NCBI GenBank assembly: GCA_965223855.1
Contig: CBDCXM010000009.1
Location: forward strand, 2,016,001 to 2,080,000
Direction of reading: 5' to 3'
DNA from: Candidatus Multivoradales bacterium
GTDB lineage: Bacteria > Acidobacteriota > Thermoanaerobaculia > Multivoradales > JAHEKO01
DNA length: 64,000 nt
Shown: positions 1 through 9,823 of the stretch, in pieces
How positions within the stretch are numbered: position 1 is the stretch's first letter
Layout: the number at the start of each line of letters is the position of its first letter
Notes under the pieces: model-generated
Seen by the model: the letters and a program-made list of their open reading frames with translations, nothing else
Database searches by the model: none
Told to the model about the DNA's origin: nothing
Position numbers and translations under genes: made by a program

Positions 1-98
1 CGGCTTGTCACCCCCCGGTCTCTCAGGCCGGCGACGACCGGTGCGAACATCGCGAGGTGATGTGCGGGATTGGAGAGGAAGAAGTCGACGTCAGCCAC
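1..98 (-). CDS. Partial CDS (N-terminus only), probable polysaccharide-locus transferase
   Basis: GTG at 98 overlaps the stop of the preceding gene. The frame reads MADVDFFLSNPAHHLAMFAPVVAGLRDRGV and runs off the window edge. Confidence 0.5.
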   Translation of the reverse strand, partial: MADVDFFLSNPAHHLAMFAPVVAGLRDRGVTS

Positions 99-1143
99 GA
101 GCCGCCGCCTCGATGGCGCTTCCGACCCGCTGCGACATCCTGACGACGTAGTCGATCTCCTCGAGTGAGGTCGGGTTGTCACCCTGGCCTTGGAGATGGC
201 GGGCGAAACCTTCGATGATCCGTGCGTGAGGAGAGAGTCCGCGAGCGCGGTCTGTCAGGTAGGCCAGTCGGTCGGGGAGCCACTGCAGGATCCGGGCGCA
301 GGTGTCGCGCGGCACCGTCGTCCAGGGGCGCTTCCACCTGGCGTCGAGTCCGCGCAAGAGCGTCGCTCCATCGCCCAGAACATCGACCTCGATCACTCCT
401 TCTTCACCCACCAGGGTCAGCTGGCGCCGGTTGACGGTGCAGTGGGCGGAGTAGTGGATGGTGGCGATGGCTCCGGCGCCGCTCAAGGAGATGGCGACCT
501 CGTCGATCTGCGCTCCCGAGGGGGCGCGAGGCGTTGCCTGAGCCGTGACGCTGCTCAACTCGAGGGGGCCGATGAAGGCATGGGTCAGATAGAGAGCGTG
601 GGGAAGGGTTTCGAACCAGCGCCCTCCGGGAAGGCCGTGGGACCAGTGACCGTCGGCCACGAGCATGCGATCGGTCGTCGGGTGGGTGAGGAACTCCCTG
701 TGCAGCCGCAACGGGCGACCGATGCGCCCCTCTCGAACCCACCCCAGTGCCTTCTGGATGCTGCGCTGAAACTTGATGTTGTGAACCACGCAGATCCGGC
801 CGAGCGAGTTGCCGAGCTCCGCACGCAGGCTGCGCCAATCGTCGAGGTTGGTAACAACCGGCTTCTCGATCAGCAGGTGCCGGCCCGCCGCGATGACTGC
901 GTGGGCGATCTCAGCGTGACTTTGAGGCGGGGTGCAGACGTCGACGATGTCGGCATCTGCGATCACAGCGTCGACGTTATCGGCGATCGCGACACCGCGG
1001 TCGCCACCCGCTCGCTGCGCCGCGGCCTCGCGATCGCGATCGTGGATCGCGACGAGGCGGCATCCCCGGGCCCGCTTCCATCCGGCAATGTGGGAAGCGG
1101 AGATGTGTCCGGCGCCGACGAGGCCGACGCGAAGAGAACTCAT
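91..1143 (-). CDS. Gfo/Idh/MocA family NAD(P)-dependent oxidoreductase
   Basis: N-terminal GLVGAGHI Rossmann motif; VCTPPQSH and LIEKP motifs. Confidence 0.9.
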   Translation of the reverse strand: MSSLRVGLVGAGHISASHIAGWKRARGCRLVAIHDRDREAAAQRAGGDRGVAIADNVDAVIADADIVDVCTPPQSHAEIAHAVIAAGRHLLIEKPVVTNLDDWRSLRAELGNSLGRICVVHNIKFQRSIQKALGWVREGRIGRPLRLHREFLTHPTTDRMLVADGHWSHGLPGGRWFETLPHALYLTHAFIGPLELSSVTAQATPRAPSGAQIDEVAISLSGAGAIATIHYSAHCTVNRRQLTLVGEEGVIEVDVLGDGATLLRGLDARWKRPWTTVPRDTCARILQWLPDRLAYLTDRARGLSPHARIIEGFARHLQGQGDNPTSLEEIDYVVRMSQRVGSAIEAAARG

Positions 1144-2270
1144 GAGGTCCCGGTCTCCATCGGGTCGAGCGCGTTGACGTAGTTCGGAAGGATGGCGTCG
1201 AGGTGAAAGCGCCGGGCGCTGCTGCGGGCCGCCTCGCCGAGACGGCGCCGGAGGTCGGCGTCGGAGACTACCCTCGTCATCGCGTCGACGAGAGCAGCAG
1301 GGTCATCGTGGGGGACGAGAATACCGTCCTTGCCCTGGGTGAGGATCTCTCGGGGTCCGAACGGGCAGTCGGCGGCCACGACTGCCGTGCCGCATGCCAT
1401 TGCCTGAATGAGAATGCCTGGCAGGCCTTCGAAGCGCGAGCTCAAGACGAACGCAGTGGCGCGATGGAGGTAAGGATAGGGATTGGGGCGAAAACCGGCC
1501 AGTCTGACGTCTGGTGCAATGCCGAGTTCGGCGGCCTGCCGCTCGAGCTCGACGCGCAACGGACCCTCTCCGAGAATGAGGAGGCGGCAGGCCTGACTTT
1601 GCCGCAAACTGGCGAAGGCCAGAAGCAGCCGGTCGAAGCCCTTGGCATGGACGAGCCGGCCGCCGGCGACCAGGACGGGATCGGGCCCATCGAACCAGGG
1701 TTCCTCGACGGGCGCCAGTGCGTCGAGCTCCAGCTCGGGCGTGACGATTGGGTTGTACACGACCCGGACGTGATCAGGCGGCAGGCCCAGCCGTCGGCCA
1801 AGATCCTGACCCACGCCGGCAGAGACTGCCGTGACGCAGTCCGCCCTGCGATAGAGCCAGCGCTTGGCGGCCAGGAGGATCCACCGCTTGTAGAAGGGCT
1901 GGTCGCGCACGAGACCGTTGCGCTCGGACAGCACAATGCGAGGTCTTCCCGAGTGAGCGCGCCCGGCGGCGAGGGCGAGAGTGAGGTTCGTTCCGCTCGA
2001 CGTGGACAAGGCGATGTCGGGTCGGCGCTTCCTCAGGAGACGCGCCAGAGGGAGCACTCCGGCCAGGAGATTGACCGCCTCGAGATCGACCACCTCGACG
2101 TCCCCGGGAAGCTCGGGCATTAGTTGCCCGCCGCTCGCGAGGAGGACCAAGGTAGGGGAGAAACGGGAGCGATCGAGGTGACGCAGGAGCGTCACGGTCA
2201 CACGGTCGGCCCCACCGACGGATAGCGAAGGACGAACGACGAAGAGCGAGCGCGGTGCGACGGCGCTCAC
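1140..2270 (-). CDS. Glycosyltransferase family 4 (GT-B)
   Basis: GGADRV, GRLVHAKG and SSRFEGLPGILIQAMACG motifs. GTG start chosen at the GTGA overlap with the upstream stop. Confidence 0.9.
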   Translation of the reverse strand: MSAVAPRSLFVVRPSLSVGGADRVTVTLLRHLDRSRFSPTLVLLASGGQLMPELPGDVEVVDLEAVNLLAGVLPLARLLRKRRPDIALSTSSGTNLTLALAAGRAHSGRPRIVLSERNGLVRDQPFYKRWILLAAKRWLYRRADCVTAVSAGVGQDLGRRLGLPPDHVRVVYNPIVTPELELDALAPVEEPWFDGPDPVLVAGGRLVHAKGFDRLLLAFASLRQSQACRLLILGEGPLRVELERQAAELGIAPDVRLAGFRPNPYPYLHRATAFVLSSRFEGLPGILIQAMACGTAVVAADCPFGPREILTQGKDGILVPHDDPAALVDAMTRVVSDADLRRRLGEAARSSARRFHLDAILPNYVNALDPMETGTS

Positions 2271-3415
2271 GAAGAGCCCGATCGCGTTTCGAAGCCGAGT
2301 TCGCGAAGGATGCGCCGCGCTCGAAGATCCCAGGTGTAGCTCTCGGCGACGAGTTGCCGCGCCGCGGCTCCCAGTCGTGCTGCGAGATCGGTCTCCGCGA
2401 GGAGTCGACGGACGCTTGCGATCCACTCCGCGAGCTGTTCCGGCTCGGCCAGGAGGGCCGTCTTCTCGTGGTCGAGAACCTCCCGCAGCGCGGGAAGGTC
2501 GGCGGCCACGATGGCCCGGCCTGCCGCCATCGCCTCGAACATCTTGAGGGGCGACATCCAGGGCGCCAGATCGCTTCTCCCCGTGGCTCCGGCGACCCTG
2601 CGACCGTAAGGGAGCAGCACGACATCGAGTTCGGCGTAGTAACGCCGCACCTCAGCCGGACTGACGAAGCCGTGGAGGGTCAGGTTCTCGGGGAGGGCCG
2701 CGCGTGCCAGGCGGGCGAGCTTCGAGGGGTCTCCACCGACGACGTGGAACGAGGCCTCGGGCAAGTTGGCGGCGAGTGCGACGAGGAGCTCGAGGCCCTT
2801 TCCGGGATAGAGCTGACCGACGTAGCCGACGCGCGGCCGCGGGGCTGCTTTCAACGACCTGGGCGGCGGTCCGCCAGGCGGGTCGAGGCTCGCCGCATCC
2901 GGGGCCACGACGACCGGCAGGCTCGAGGGGAGCCCTCCGCACCGACGGTAGGCATGGGCAAGCGACTCGGTGATAGTGACTAGGCCACGACAGGAAGGGG
3001 CCGACAGGAAACGCTTCTGTCTTCGACCGAGCGTTCCCGAGCCCGGTGGCTGGTGCGCTTCGAACGCAAACGGGACCTCGGCCCGGGCTGCCGAGGCCGC
3101 ACCGTCAGCATCGCGGCAGTAGAAGAGATCAGTCTCGTCCCGATGAGCGCGCACGTGCCGGTTCAGGCAATAGCGGTAGAGCAGGCCGCCGCCCCTGACG
3201 GCCGGTCGCGAAAGCGGAGTCCAGGTGAGTTCTGCCGCGACGCCGTAGAAGGCGAAGATATCGTCGATCCCCGGTTCTTGACGCGGTGGGCACAGCTTGG
3301 TGACGAGGGTGACGTCATGGCTCTGCCTGGCCCAGGCGGCGCAGGTGTTGATGACCTGAATCGAGCTCGCCCGGCGGGAGGGGACATACGATTGTGAGAG
3401 GTAGTGAAGTCTCAT
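2267..3415 (-). CDS. Glycosyltransferase family 4
   Basis: GYVGQLYPGKG and SPLKMFEAMAAGRAIV motifs. Confidence 0.9.
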   Translation of the reverse strand: MRLHYLSQSYVPSRRASSIQVINTCAAWARQSHDVTLVTKLCPPRQEPGIDDIFAFYGVAAELTWTPLSRPAVRGGGLLYRYCLNRHVRAHRDETDLFYCRDADGAASAARAEVPFAFEAHQPPGSGTLGRRQKRFLSAPSCRGLVTITESLAHAYRRCGGLPSSLPVVVAPDAASLDPPGGPPPRSLKAAPRPRVGYVGQLYPGKGLELLVALAANLPEASFHVVGGDPSKLARLARAALPENLTLHGFVSPAEVRRYYAELDVVLLPYGRRVAGATGRSDLAPWMSPLKMFEAMAAGRAIVAADLPALREVLDHEKTALLAEPEQLAEWIASVRRLLAETDLAARLGAAARQLVAESYTWDLRARRILRELGFETRSGSS

Positions 3416-3465
3416 GGCGCCACGAGCAGGGAGCGAGCAGCCGGGATGTGGTGGAGCGACGTCTC

Positions 3466-4584
3466 TCAGCGATTGCTGGCGATCTCCCGCCGAAGCACTT
3501 CGACGATGCGCTCAGCAGCTCTTCCGTCCCACAACGGCGGCATGCGTCCGGTTTCTCGATCGAGCGGGCGCGCCAGCTCGCGTTCGACGAGATGGAGAAT
3601 CCGTCGCGGATCGGTGCCGGCGAGGACGTTTGTGCCAAGCTCGACGGTGATCGGACGTTCCGTGTTGTCCCTGAGCGTCAGGCAGGGCACTCGCAGCGCC
3701 GTAGTTTCCTCCTGAATGCCGCCTGAGTCGGTCAGCACCAGGCGCGCACCGTCCAGTGCGGCCAGGAACTCGAGGTAGCCGAGCGGCTCGGTCAGGACAA
3801 ACCCGGATTCGGAGGTGAGGACCTCGGCCGCGGAGCCCAGGTGCCGGCGCGTCCTGGGGTGTACCGGAAAGAGGATCGGCAGAGTCGTCGAGATCCGGGC
3901 CAGAACCTCCAAGAGTGCTAGAAGGTTCTCCTCTTCATCGACATTGGAGGGTCGATGGAGCGTAAGTACGGCGTATTCTCCCACCTCGAGGCCGTGCCGC
4001 TCGAGAACGGCAGGCTGCAGCCGCTTCGCCTCCTGGAGGCTGTCGATCAGGCTGTCGATCATGGTGTTGCCGACGAGGTGGACTCGATCGGGCGAGGCAC
4101 CCTCACGTTCGAGGTGCTCGACGCCGCTCGCTTCGGTGACGAAGAGCAGATCGGCGATTGCGTCAGTGACGATGCGGTTGATCTCCTCCGGCATCGTGCG
4201 ATCGAAGGAGCGCAGGCCGGCCTCTACGTGCGCGACGGTGAGGCCCAGCTTGGCGGCGGTGAGGGTGGCGGCGACCGTCGAGTTGACGTCACCGAAGACG
4301 ACCACGACCTGCGGTCGATGCTCGGCGAGGATTGGCTCGATTCGCTCCATGACCTGCGCCGTCTGGACGGCATGGGTCCCGGAGCCGACGTCGAGCATGA
4401 GATCGGCGGCGGGCAGCTCGAGATCACGGAAGAAGAGGTCGGAGAGGGCGGCGTCGTAGTGCTGTCCCGTATGGATGATCTGGAGCCGGAGGTCGCCGGT
4501 GGCGGCAGCCGCCTTGACCAGGGGCGCCGCCTTGACGAAGTTCGGTCGTGCTCCGACAACGAACGAAAGGAGAGGCGCCGTCAT
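3466..4584 (-). CDS. wecB: UDP-N-acetylglucosamine 2-epimerase (non-hydrolysing)
   Basis: GARPNFVK, HTGQHYD, HVEAGLRS, PEEINR and TDSGGIQEE motifs. Confidence 0.95.
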   Translation of the reverse strand: MTAPLLSFVVGARPNFVKAAPLVKAAAATGDLRLQIIHTGQHYDAALSDLFFRDLELPAADLMLDVGSGTHAVQTAQVMERIEPILAEHRPQVVVVFGDVNSTVAATLTAAKLGLTVAHVEAGLRSFDRTMPEEINRIVTDAIADLLFVTEASGVEHLEREGASPDRVHLVGNTMIDSLIDSLQEAKRLQPAVLERHGLEVGEYAVLTLHRPSNVDEEENLLALLEVLARISTTLPILFPVHPRTRRHLGSAAEVLTSESGFVLTEPLGYLEFLAALDGARLVLTDSGGIQEETTALRVPCLTLRDNTERPITVELGTNVLAGTDPRRILHLVERELARPLDRETGRMPPLWDGRAAERIVEVLRREIASNR

Positions 4585-5315
4585 GACTCACGCCTGGCGG
4601 GGGTGGCAACGGCGATGAGATTCTTGCCCCGCACGATCTCCGCCTTGAGATGGAGAGTGTGGCGATAAAGGAGCTGGAACGCGCGCCAGGCCAGGCCGTC
4701 GAAGACCCAGCGAGCGAGGCGCCGGCGGTGGAGCGCGTACTCGCCGTGAACCGAGAGGACTTTGAAGCCGCTGAGACGCAGCACCTGAGCCAGGCTTTCC
4801 TGCGAGAAGCCGAGCTCGTGGGTGAAGTCGACGTAGCGGGTTCGCACGTTGAGCGGGTTGCTCAGGTTGGGCACACGCAACAGAAGGCGGCCCTCGGGGG
4901 CGAGTCGGCGAGCGATCGCTCCGAGGGTGGCGAGGGCCCTGGCCTTGTCGAGGTGTTCCAGCACGTCGCTCAGGACGACGGCGCCGAAGAACTCGCGGCT
5001 TCGCTCGAGGTAACTCAGGCCGTCGGCCACCTCGACGTCCTCGAGGCCCCTCGCGCGGCAGAAGGCGATCTGGTCCTCGGAGATGTCGATGCCGCGGTAG
5101 GCGTAGCCCATCGATTCCAGGCAGGTCAGAAACGCCCCGACGCCGCAACCGATTTCGAGGATCGGCAACGATCGGTCCTCGGGTAGGTAGGGGCCGAAGT
5201 GGCGTTCGTACATTCGCGCGGAGCGGGCGAGCCCCTCCTCGCTGAGATCGTTGCGCGCCGCGTAGGTGTCGGCGTTGTAGGTCGCGTAGACGTTGTCGGG
5301 GTAGCTGTCGGTCAC
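4581..5315 (-). CDS. Class I SAM-dependent methyltransferase
   Basis: ILEIGCGVG, GIDIS and DVLEHL motifs; GTG start overlaps the upstream stop. Confidence 0.88.
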   Translation of the reverse strand: MTDSYPDNVYATYNADTYAARNDLSEEGLARSARMYERHFGPYLPEDRSLPILEIGCGVGAFLTCLESMGYAYRGIDISEDQIAFCRARGLEDVEVADGLSYLERSREFFGAVVLSDVLEHLDKARALATLGAIARRLAPEGRLLLRVPNLSNPLNVRTRYVDFTHELGFSQESLAQVLRLSGFKVLSVHGEYALHRRRLARWVFDGLAWRAFQLLYRHTLHLKAEIVRGKNLIAVATPARRES

Positions 5316-6394
5316 GGGGAGGTTCTGCGCTCGGCGTCGAGGAGTTCTCTGAAGTAGCCGAGGATATCGCCTGCGATGACGCGCCAGTCGAGTTCGTTGC
5401 ACGCCTTCGCTCGGGCGCCCCGGCCGAGCATCGCGCGCACGGCGGGATCACGCAAGGCGCCGAGGGCTCGAGCCAGTGCATCGACACGCCCCGGCGGCAC
5501 GACCCACCCGGACTTCATGTGCTCGACGACAGAGCCCTGGTCACCGACATCGGTCACTACGAGCGCCTTGCCGAGGGCCATGTACTCCGGGAGCTTGGAG
5601 GGGAAGCCGGCCCGAGCCGTTGCCGAGTCCGGGCGTGGAATGAGGAGGACGTTGGCCTCTTCGAGGGCTCGGGGCACCTCGTCGTAGGGGAGGGGCCCGG
5701 TCAACGTCAGGCGATCGCCGAGAAGTTCGCGGGCCTGGTGGTCTACGCCCGTTTCGCCGGCGTCTCCCACGAGGATCGCCCGCGGCCGGGGCTCGAGTCG
5801 CTCGATCGCCTCCAGCAGCTGCGGCAGGCCCTGGTAGGAGCGGAAGTTGCCGGCGTAGCCGAGGACGAGTTCGTCGCCTGGGGCGCCCGGGCTCTCCACG
5901 AAGAGCTCGGGGTCGACGCCTCCCCATACGACCTGCGAGCGTACGCCGCGCCGTTCCGCGCGGGTGGCAAGCTGTCGGCTGACCGTCGTACAGGCGTCGA
6001 TTCGGTTCAGGTACCGCTGCTCGATCCACCAGAGCCGAGCCGCGCTACGAAGCCTGCGCGACCAGGGGCGCTCTCGCTCTTCGAGCTTCTCGGCGATTGA
6101 GTTGCCGTGGAGATCCGCGACTGCCAGGCAACCGGTAACGGAGGCGAGGACGGGAAGCGCCTTGTGGGTGTGGCCGTAGAGGACGTCGGGGTTGAAGTCC
6201 CTCACGAGGTCGCCGAGATCACCGTCGATGAGCGGCACATGACGCACGCCGGGAAGGTCGAGCACCGGATCTCGACTGACGGTCGCGACCGCTACGCCAT
6301 CGTGGCCTGCAAGCGCCAGAGCCATGTTGCGGGCTCGCGAGGGCGTGCCGCGACTCTCTCCGAGGCGGCCGCCGTAGTAGACCGAGATCCTCAT
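5312..6394 (-). CDS. Glycosyltransferase family 4
   Basis: GYAGNFRSYQG and FPSKLPEYMALGKALV motifs. Confidence 0.88.
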   Translation of the reverse strand: MRISVYYGGRLGESRGTPSRARNMALALAGHDGVAVATVSRDPVLDLPGVRHVPLIDGDLGDLVRDFNPDVLYGHTHKALPVLASVTGCLAVADLHGNSIAEKLEERERPWSRRLRSAARLWWIEQRYLNRIDACTTVSRQLATRAERRGVRSQVVWGGVDPELFVESPGAPGDELVLGYAGNFRSYQGLPQLLEAIERLEPRPRAILVGDAGETGVDHQARELLGDRLTLTGPLPYDEVPRALEEANVLLIPRPDSATARAGFPSKLPEYMALGKALVVTDVGDQGSVVEHMKSGWVVPPGRVDALARALGALRDPAVRAMLGRGARAKACNELDWRVIAGDILGYFRELLDAERRTSP

Positions 6395-6425
6395 CGGCTC
6401 GCGCGGCAGCCTCTGGCGAGGAGCG

Positions 6426-7355
6426 TCAGCTCCCCGTGCTGGTCGAGGCGTAGACCCGGCGCATCCAGGCGACCGTGCGCGCGACCCCCTCGTCGAGCTG
6501 AATGGTCGGCGCGTGGGCGAGGTCTCGAACCGCCCTCGAGACGTCGACCTTCTTGTTCTTCGTCGTAAAGGGCTCGGCCTCTCTGTACTCGACGAGCGAA
6601 TCGTCGATGCCGACAGCGGCGAGGATCAGGTCGGAGAGGGTCTTGATGTCGTGGTACTCGGTGCTGGCGATGTTGTAGACCTCGCCGGGGACGAAGTTGT
6701 CGATGATGTTCGCCATCGTTGTCGCCGTGTCGGTGATGTAGGACGAAGTGCGGTGATGATCCAGGTAGACCGTGTACGGCATGCCGTGGAGCGCCCGGTA
6801 GGTGAAGAGGCAGTTCACCGAGCGGTAGGGGCTGTAGTACTCCCCCTCGCCGTAGGTGTTGAACAGTCGGACGCGGACCGACTCGGTCCCGTGCATGGCG
6901 TGGGAGTTGAGGATCTGCTGCTCGTTGACCCACTTGGTGATCGCGTAGTCGTTGAGCTGACGGACCTCGAGATCGTCCATCACCGACTCTTCCATCACCC
7001 CCTCGTAGTCGCCGTAGACCTCCGAGCTCGAAGTGAAGACGAGCTTGAAGCCGAGCCTCTCCTGCATCCGGATCAGGTTCTTGGTGCCGATCGCGTTGGT
7101 CCGCCACAACGTGTCGTAGTAGTCCTCGCCGTTCCAGCGGCCGAACTCCGCCGCCAGGTGGTAGACGAAGTCGAACTCCGCCTTCTCGAAGGCGCGCTCG
7201 ACCTGCCGGAACGAGCCGACATCGCAGCGGACGTAGTGCGGGTCGTGATGATGCGGGAGGTCGGCGATCCAGACGTCGTGCCCGCGGTCGCGGAGGATCC
7301 GGACGAGGTGGCCGCCGACGACGCCGAGGCCGCCGGTTACGAGAATCGAACTCAT
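6426..7355 (-). CDS. NAD-dependent epimerase/dehydratase (extended SDR)
   Basis: VTGGLGVVG, SSSEVYG and YAITK (YxxxK) motifs. Confidence 0.92.
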   Translation of the reverse strand: MSSILVTGGLGVVGGHLVRILRDRGHDVWIADLPHHHDPHYVRCDVGSFRQVERAFEKAEFDFVYHLAAEFGRWNGEDYYDTLWRTNAIGTKNLIRMQERLGFKLVFTSSSEVYGDYEGVMEESVMDDLEVRQLNDYAITKWVNEQQILNSHAMHGTESVRVRLFNTYGEGEYYSPYRSVNCLFTYRALHGMPYTVYLDHHRTSSYITDTATTMANIIDNFVPGEVYNIASTEYHDIKTLSDLILAAVGIDDSLVEYREAEPFTTKNKKVDVSRAVRDLAHAPTIQLDEGVARTVAWMRRVYASTSTGS

Positions 7356-7416
7356 GGGAGGGATCAGTCCAGGGAAGGGCGCGTGGCTGCGCCGTGGCGT
7401 GAAGAGGCGGCGCCCG

Positions 7417-7422
7417 ATAGTA
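7417..7422 (-). promoter_or_regulatory. Putative -10 box (TACTAT) for the downstream epimerase/GT operon
   Basis: TAnnnT hexamer in the 124-bp gap upstream of the ATG at 7355. Confidence 0.4.
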
Positions 7423-7479
7423 CCTGCTGAATCGGCGCCGCGGAAGGCGCGCCAGACCTGCTGAGGGAACCGCTACCGG

Positions 7480-8877
7480 TCAGCGACCAGGGGGCACCGG
7501 CTCCGTTCGCCGCTTCATCCGGTAGATCGATCGCTCGGACCCTTCGAGTCGCACGCGATCCTCGATTTCGAAGAGCGGCTCGAAGGCGGCCTCGAAGTGC
7601 GAACGATCGTAGCCGGGGAAGACATCGGCTCGCGAGGAGAGCAGGCGGTCGACCTGCGAGTCGCTCTTCGGCACCCACTCGATGACGAGGTTGCGCGAGC
7701 AGTCGGCGAACCATGCGGCGAGCATCGGCAGCGGGACGTTGTTGCCGATCGCCAGGTGGTGGACGAGAGCGAGCGCCAGCACCAGGTCGGCAGGGCCGCG
7801 GTCGAGGAGACTGCTGCGCTCGCGGTGGTGCCAACCGAGCGCCGGGCTCGGGTTGGTGAGATCGATCTTGAGCGGCAGCAGCGTCGAACTGCGCTGCTCG
7901 CAGGAACGCTCGTAGGCCCCTTCGACCGCGCGCCAGTCGCCGTCCATCGCGACGGTCGGAATGCCTCGCTCGGACGCGAGCGCCGAGAAGCGGGCGTCGT
8001 TGGCACCGAGATCCCACACCTCGGCCGGCGCGAGCGCATCGAGTGCCGCCTCCACCACCGAGGCCTTGTGACGAGCCGCCTCGTCGTCGTAGTTGGTCGC
8101 CTCGTAGTAGCGGCCCCATTCGGTCGACCCGCTCGGCGAGCGGAGCCGGCGCACGGCCGCAGCAAGGCTTTCCACCAGGCCCTCCCGGGCCTGCCGGGAG
8201 ACACGAAAGCTCTCGGCGGCGCGGCCCGAGCCGGCCATCCGGCGTTGGCTCGCGGCATGGAGGAAGAGATGAGAGAGGAGGCCGAAGCGCAGCCGGGCGC
8301 GCCGCGGCAGGAGTCGGGCTGCCAGATCGAGCGGCACGCCGTCGAGATGGGCTTTCAGGAGATCGCTGGTCCTCGGGTCGCGGAAGCTTGCGAGCGCGAG
8401 GGGGGCGAGGAAGTGCTGACAGAACTGCCGGTAGGCGACCCAGGGTCTGCCCTCCCGGTAGCGCTCGAACGAGAGGGTGTCGATGAGCACCGGCCGCGAG
8501 CCGCGGAACTGCACGTTGTAGGCGGAGGCATCCTTGAGGGACATGCCGTGGGCCAGGGCGAGTCGCTCGACGTCGAGGGTAAGGAGGGCCGCGTCCCTCA
8601 GCTGAGCGAAGCACCACTCGTACGGGTAGGAGATGAACGGGACGACCTCCGGCCGCAGGATCCGCCACGCGTCGGCACCGGCGGCGGGATCGGTTTCAAC
8701 CTCGTGGTGAGCGACCAGCCAGCCGCGCTCGGTCAGAGCGGCGTAGAGACCCGAGTCGACGAGTTGTTCGTAGTCGTCCCGGTAGGAGGCGCCGACGTGG
8801 CGGTAGAGGACCCCGTCTCGGCGGAAGACGAAGCCGCTCGGATCCCGGAACGAGGCGGGGTCGCGCGCCTCGCTCAC
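7480..8877 (-). CDS. NoeA-like protein: kinase-like N-domain plus SAM-dependent methyltransferase
   Basis: SFRDPSGFVF start, LKDASAYN...LIDTLS, and C-terminal WDLGAN SAM motif. Confidence 0.8.
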   Translation of the reverse strand: MSEARDPASFRDPSGFVFRRDGVLYRHVGASYRDDYEQLVDSGLYAALTERGWLVAHHEVETDPAAGADAWRILRPEVVPFISYPYEWCFAQLRDAALLTLDVERLALAHGMSLKDASAYNVQFRGSRPVLIDTLSFERYREGRPWVAYRQFCQHFLAPLALASFRDPRTSDLLKAHLDGVPLDLAARLLPRRARLRFGLLSHLFLHAASQRRMAGSGRAAESFRVSRQAREGLVESLAAAVRRLRSPSGSTEWGRYYEATNYDDEAARHKASVVEAALDALAPAEVWDLGANDARFSALASERGIPTVAMDGDWRAVEGAYERSCEQRSSTLLPLKIDLTNPSPALGWHHRERSSLLDRGPADLVLALALVHHLAIGNNVPLPMLAAWFADCSRNLVIEWVPKSDSQVDRLLSSRADVFPGYDRSHFEAAFEPLFEIEDRVRLEGSERSIYRMKRRTEPVPPGR

Positions 8878-9122
8878 GAACCTGGCGAGTCGTCGTCGCT
8901 GGGCTTCGTCTTCGGGGAGTCGCGGCGGAAGAAACCGACGATGCGGCGCCAGTAGGTACGAATCGCCATGCCGGCTGCCAGCAGGCCGGCGAGGACCGCC
9001 TGCAGCAGGAAGCTGCCGCTACCCGGGTCGATGTAGGCTTGCGCGGTCGATATCGGGACCAGCAGGATTCCGAGGGCAAGAACGACGACTCGTTCGGGAG
9101 ACCGCTGAGACCGTTTCCGCAT
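8874..9122 (-). CDS. Small membrane protein with AYIDPGSGS motif
   Basis: Two hydrophobic segments around YIDPGSGS and a basic tail; TAGAAT lies 7 nt before the ATG. Confidence 0.7.
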   Translation of the reverse strand: MRKRSQRSPERVVVLALGILLVPISTAQAYIDPGSGSFLLQAVLAGLLAAGMAIRTYWRRIVGFFRRDSPKTKPSDDDSPGS

Positions 9123-9132
9123 CAGCGGGATT

Positions 9133-9822
9133 CTAGTCGAGTGGGATGCGACCGCCCTCGCCGGCCGCCCACGGGAAGAGCGTCGCAAACCCGGTCAGGT
9201 CGGAGAGACGCGGGCCGTCGTAGTCGGAGAAACGGTCCGCCTGCTCCGGCGTTTCGCGCAGGCAGAAGGCGGCGCCGGAGGCGAGGGCGGCGTCGTAGTC
9301 GGTGCGACCGTCGCCGAGGAAGAGAAGGGCTTCGGGCTTGACGTCGAGGTCGGCGGCGAGGGCGCGCAGGATCGGCTCCTTGCGCCGCGGTGAGCCGTGG
9401 ATGCCAGCGAAGCGCCCGGCCCAGCCGCGCGCCGTCACGAGGCGGACGAGCTCTTCCTCCGGGATCCCGGAGGCGATGAATCGAGGGATCGCGAGTCGCT
9501 CCAGGAGATCTAGCAGCGCCGTCGTGCCCTGCACCTCCGGGCACTCGCGAGCGCGCTCGAAGACGAGACGGGAGAAGGCGGTGCCGAGCTCTTGCAGCCG
9601 GTCCCGACCAGGCACCCGGCCGAGCAGGTGCTCCTCGATCCAGCGGAACTTCTCGAAGCGAGACGCTCCTAGGTGCCGCTGGTGATGATCGACGATCGCC
9701 CGGTGGTGCTCGGGGTGATCCGGGTAGAGGGCGACGAAGGCCTCGGTCTTGATCTCGACCGATTCGATCAGCACTCCGTCGCAGTCGAAGACGACGGCGG
9801 CCGGCCTCGAGAGCTCGCTCAA
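9133..9822 (-). CDS. HAD-superfamily hydrolase (phosphatase)
   Basis: FDCDGVL motif I and GDGRTD motif IV; TTG start right after the upstream stop. Confidence 0.88.
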   Translation of the reverse strand: MSELSRPAAVVFDCDGVLIESVEIKTEAFVALYPDHPEHHRAIVDHHQRHLGASRFEKFRWIEEHLLGRVPGRDRLQELGTAFSRLVFERARECPEVQGTTALLDLLERLAIPRFIASGIPEEELVRLVTARGWAGRFAGIHGSPRRKEPILRALAADLDVKPEALLFLGDGRTDYDAALASGAAFCLRETPEQADRFSDYDGPRLSDLTGFATLFPWAAGEGGRIPLD

Positions 9823-9823
9823 C

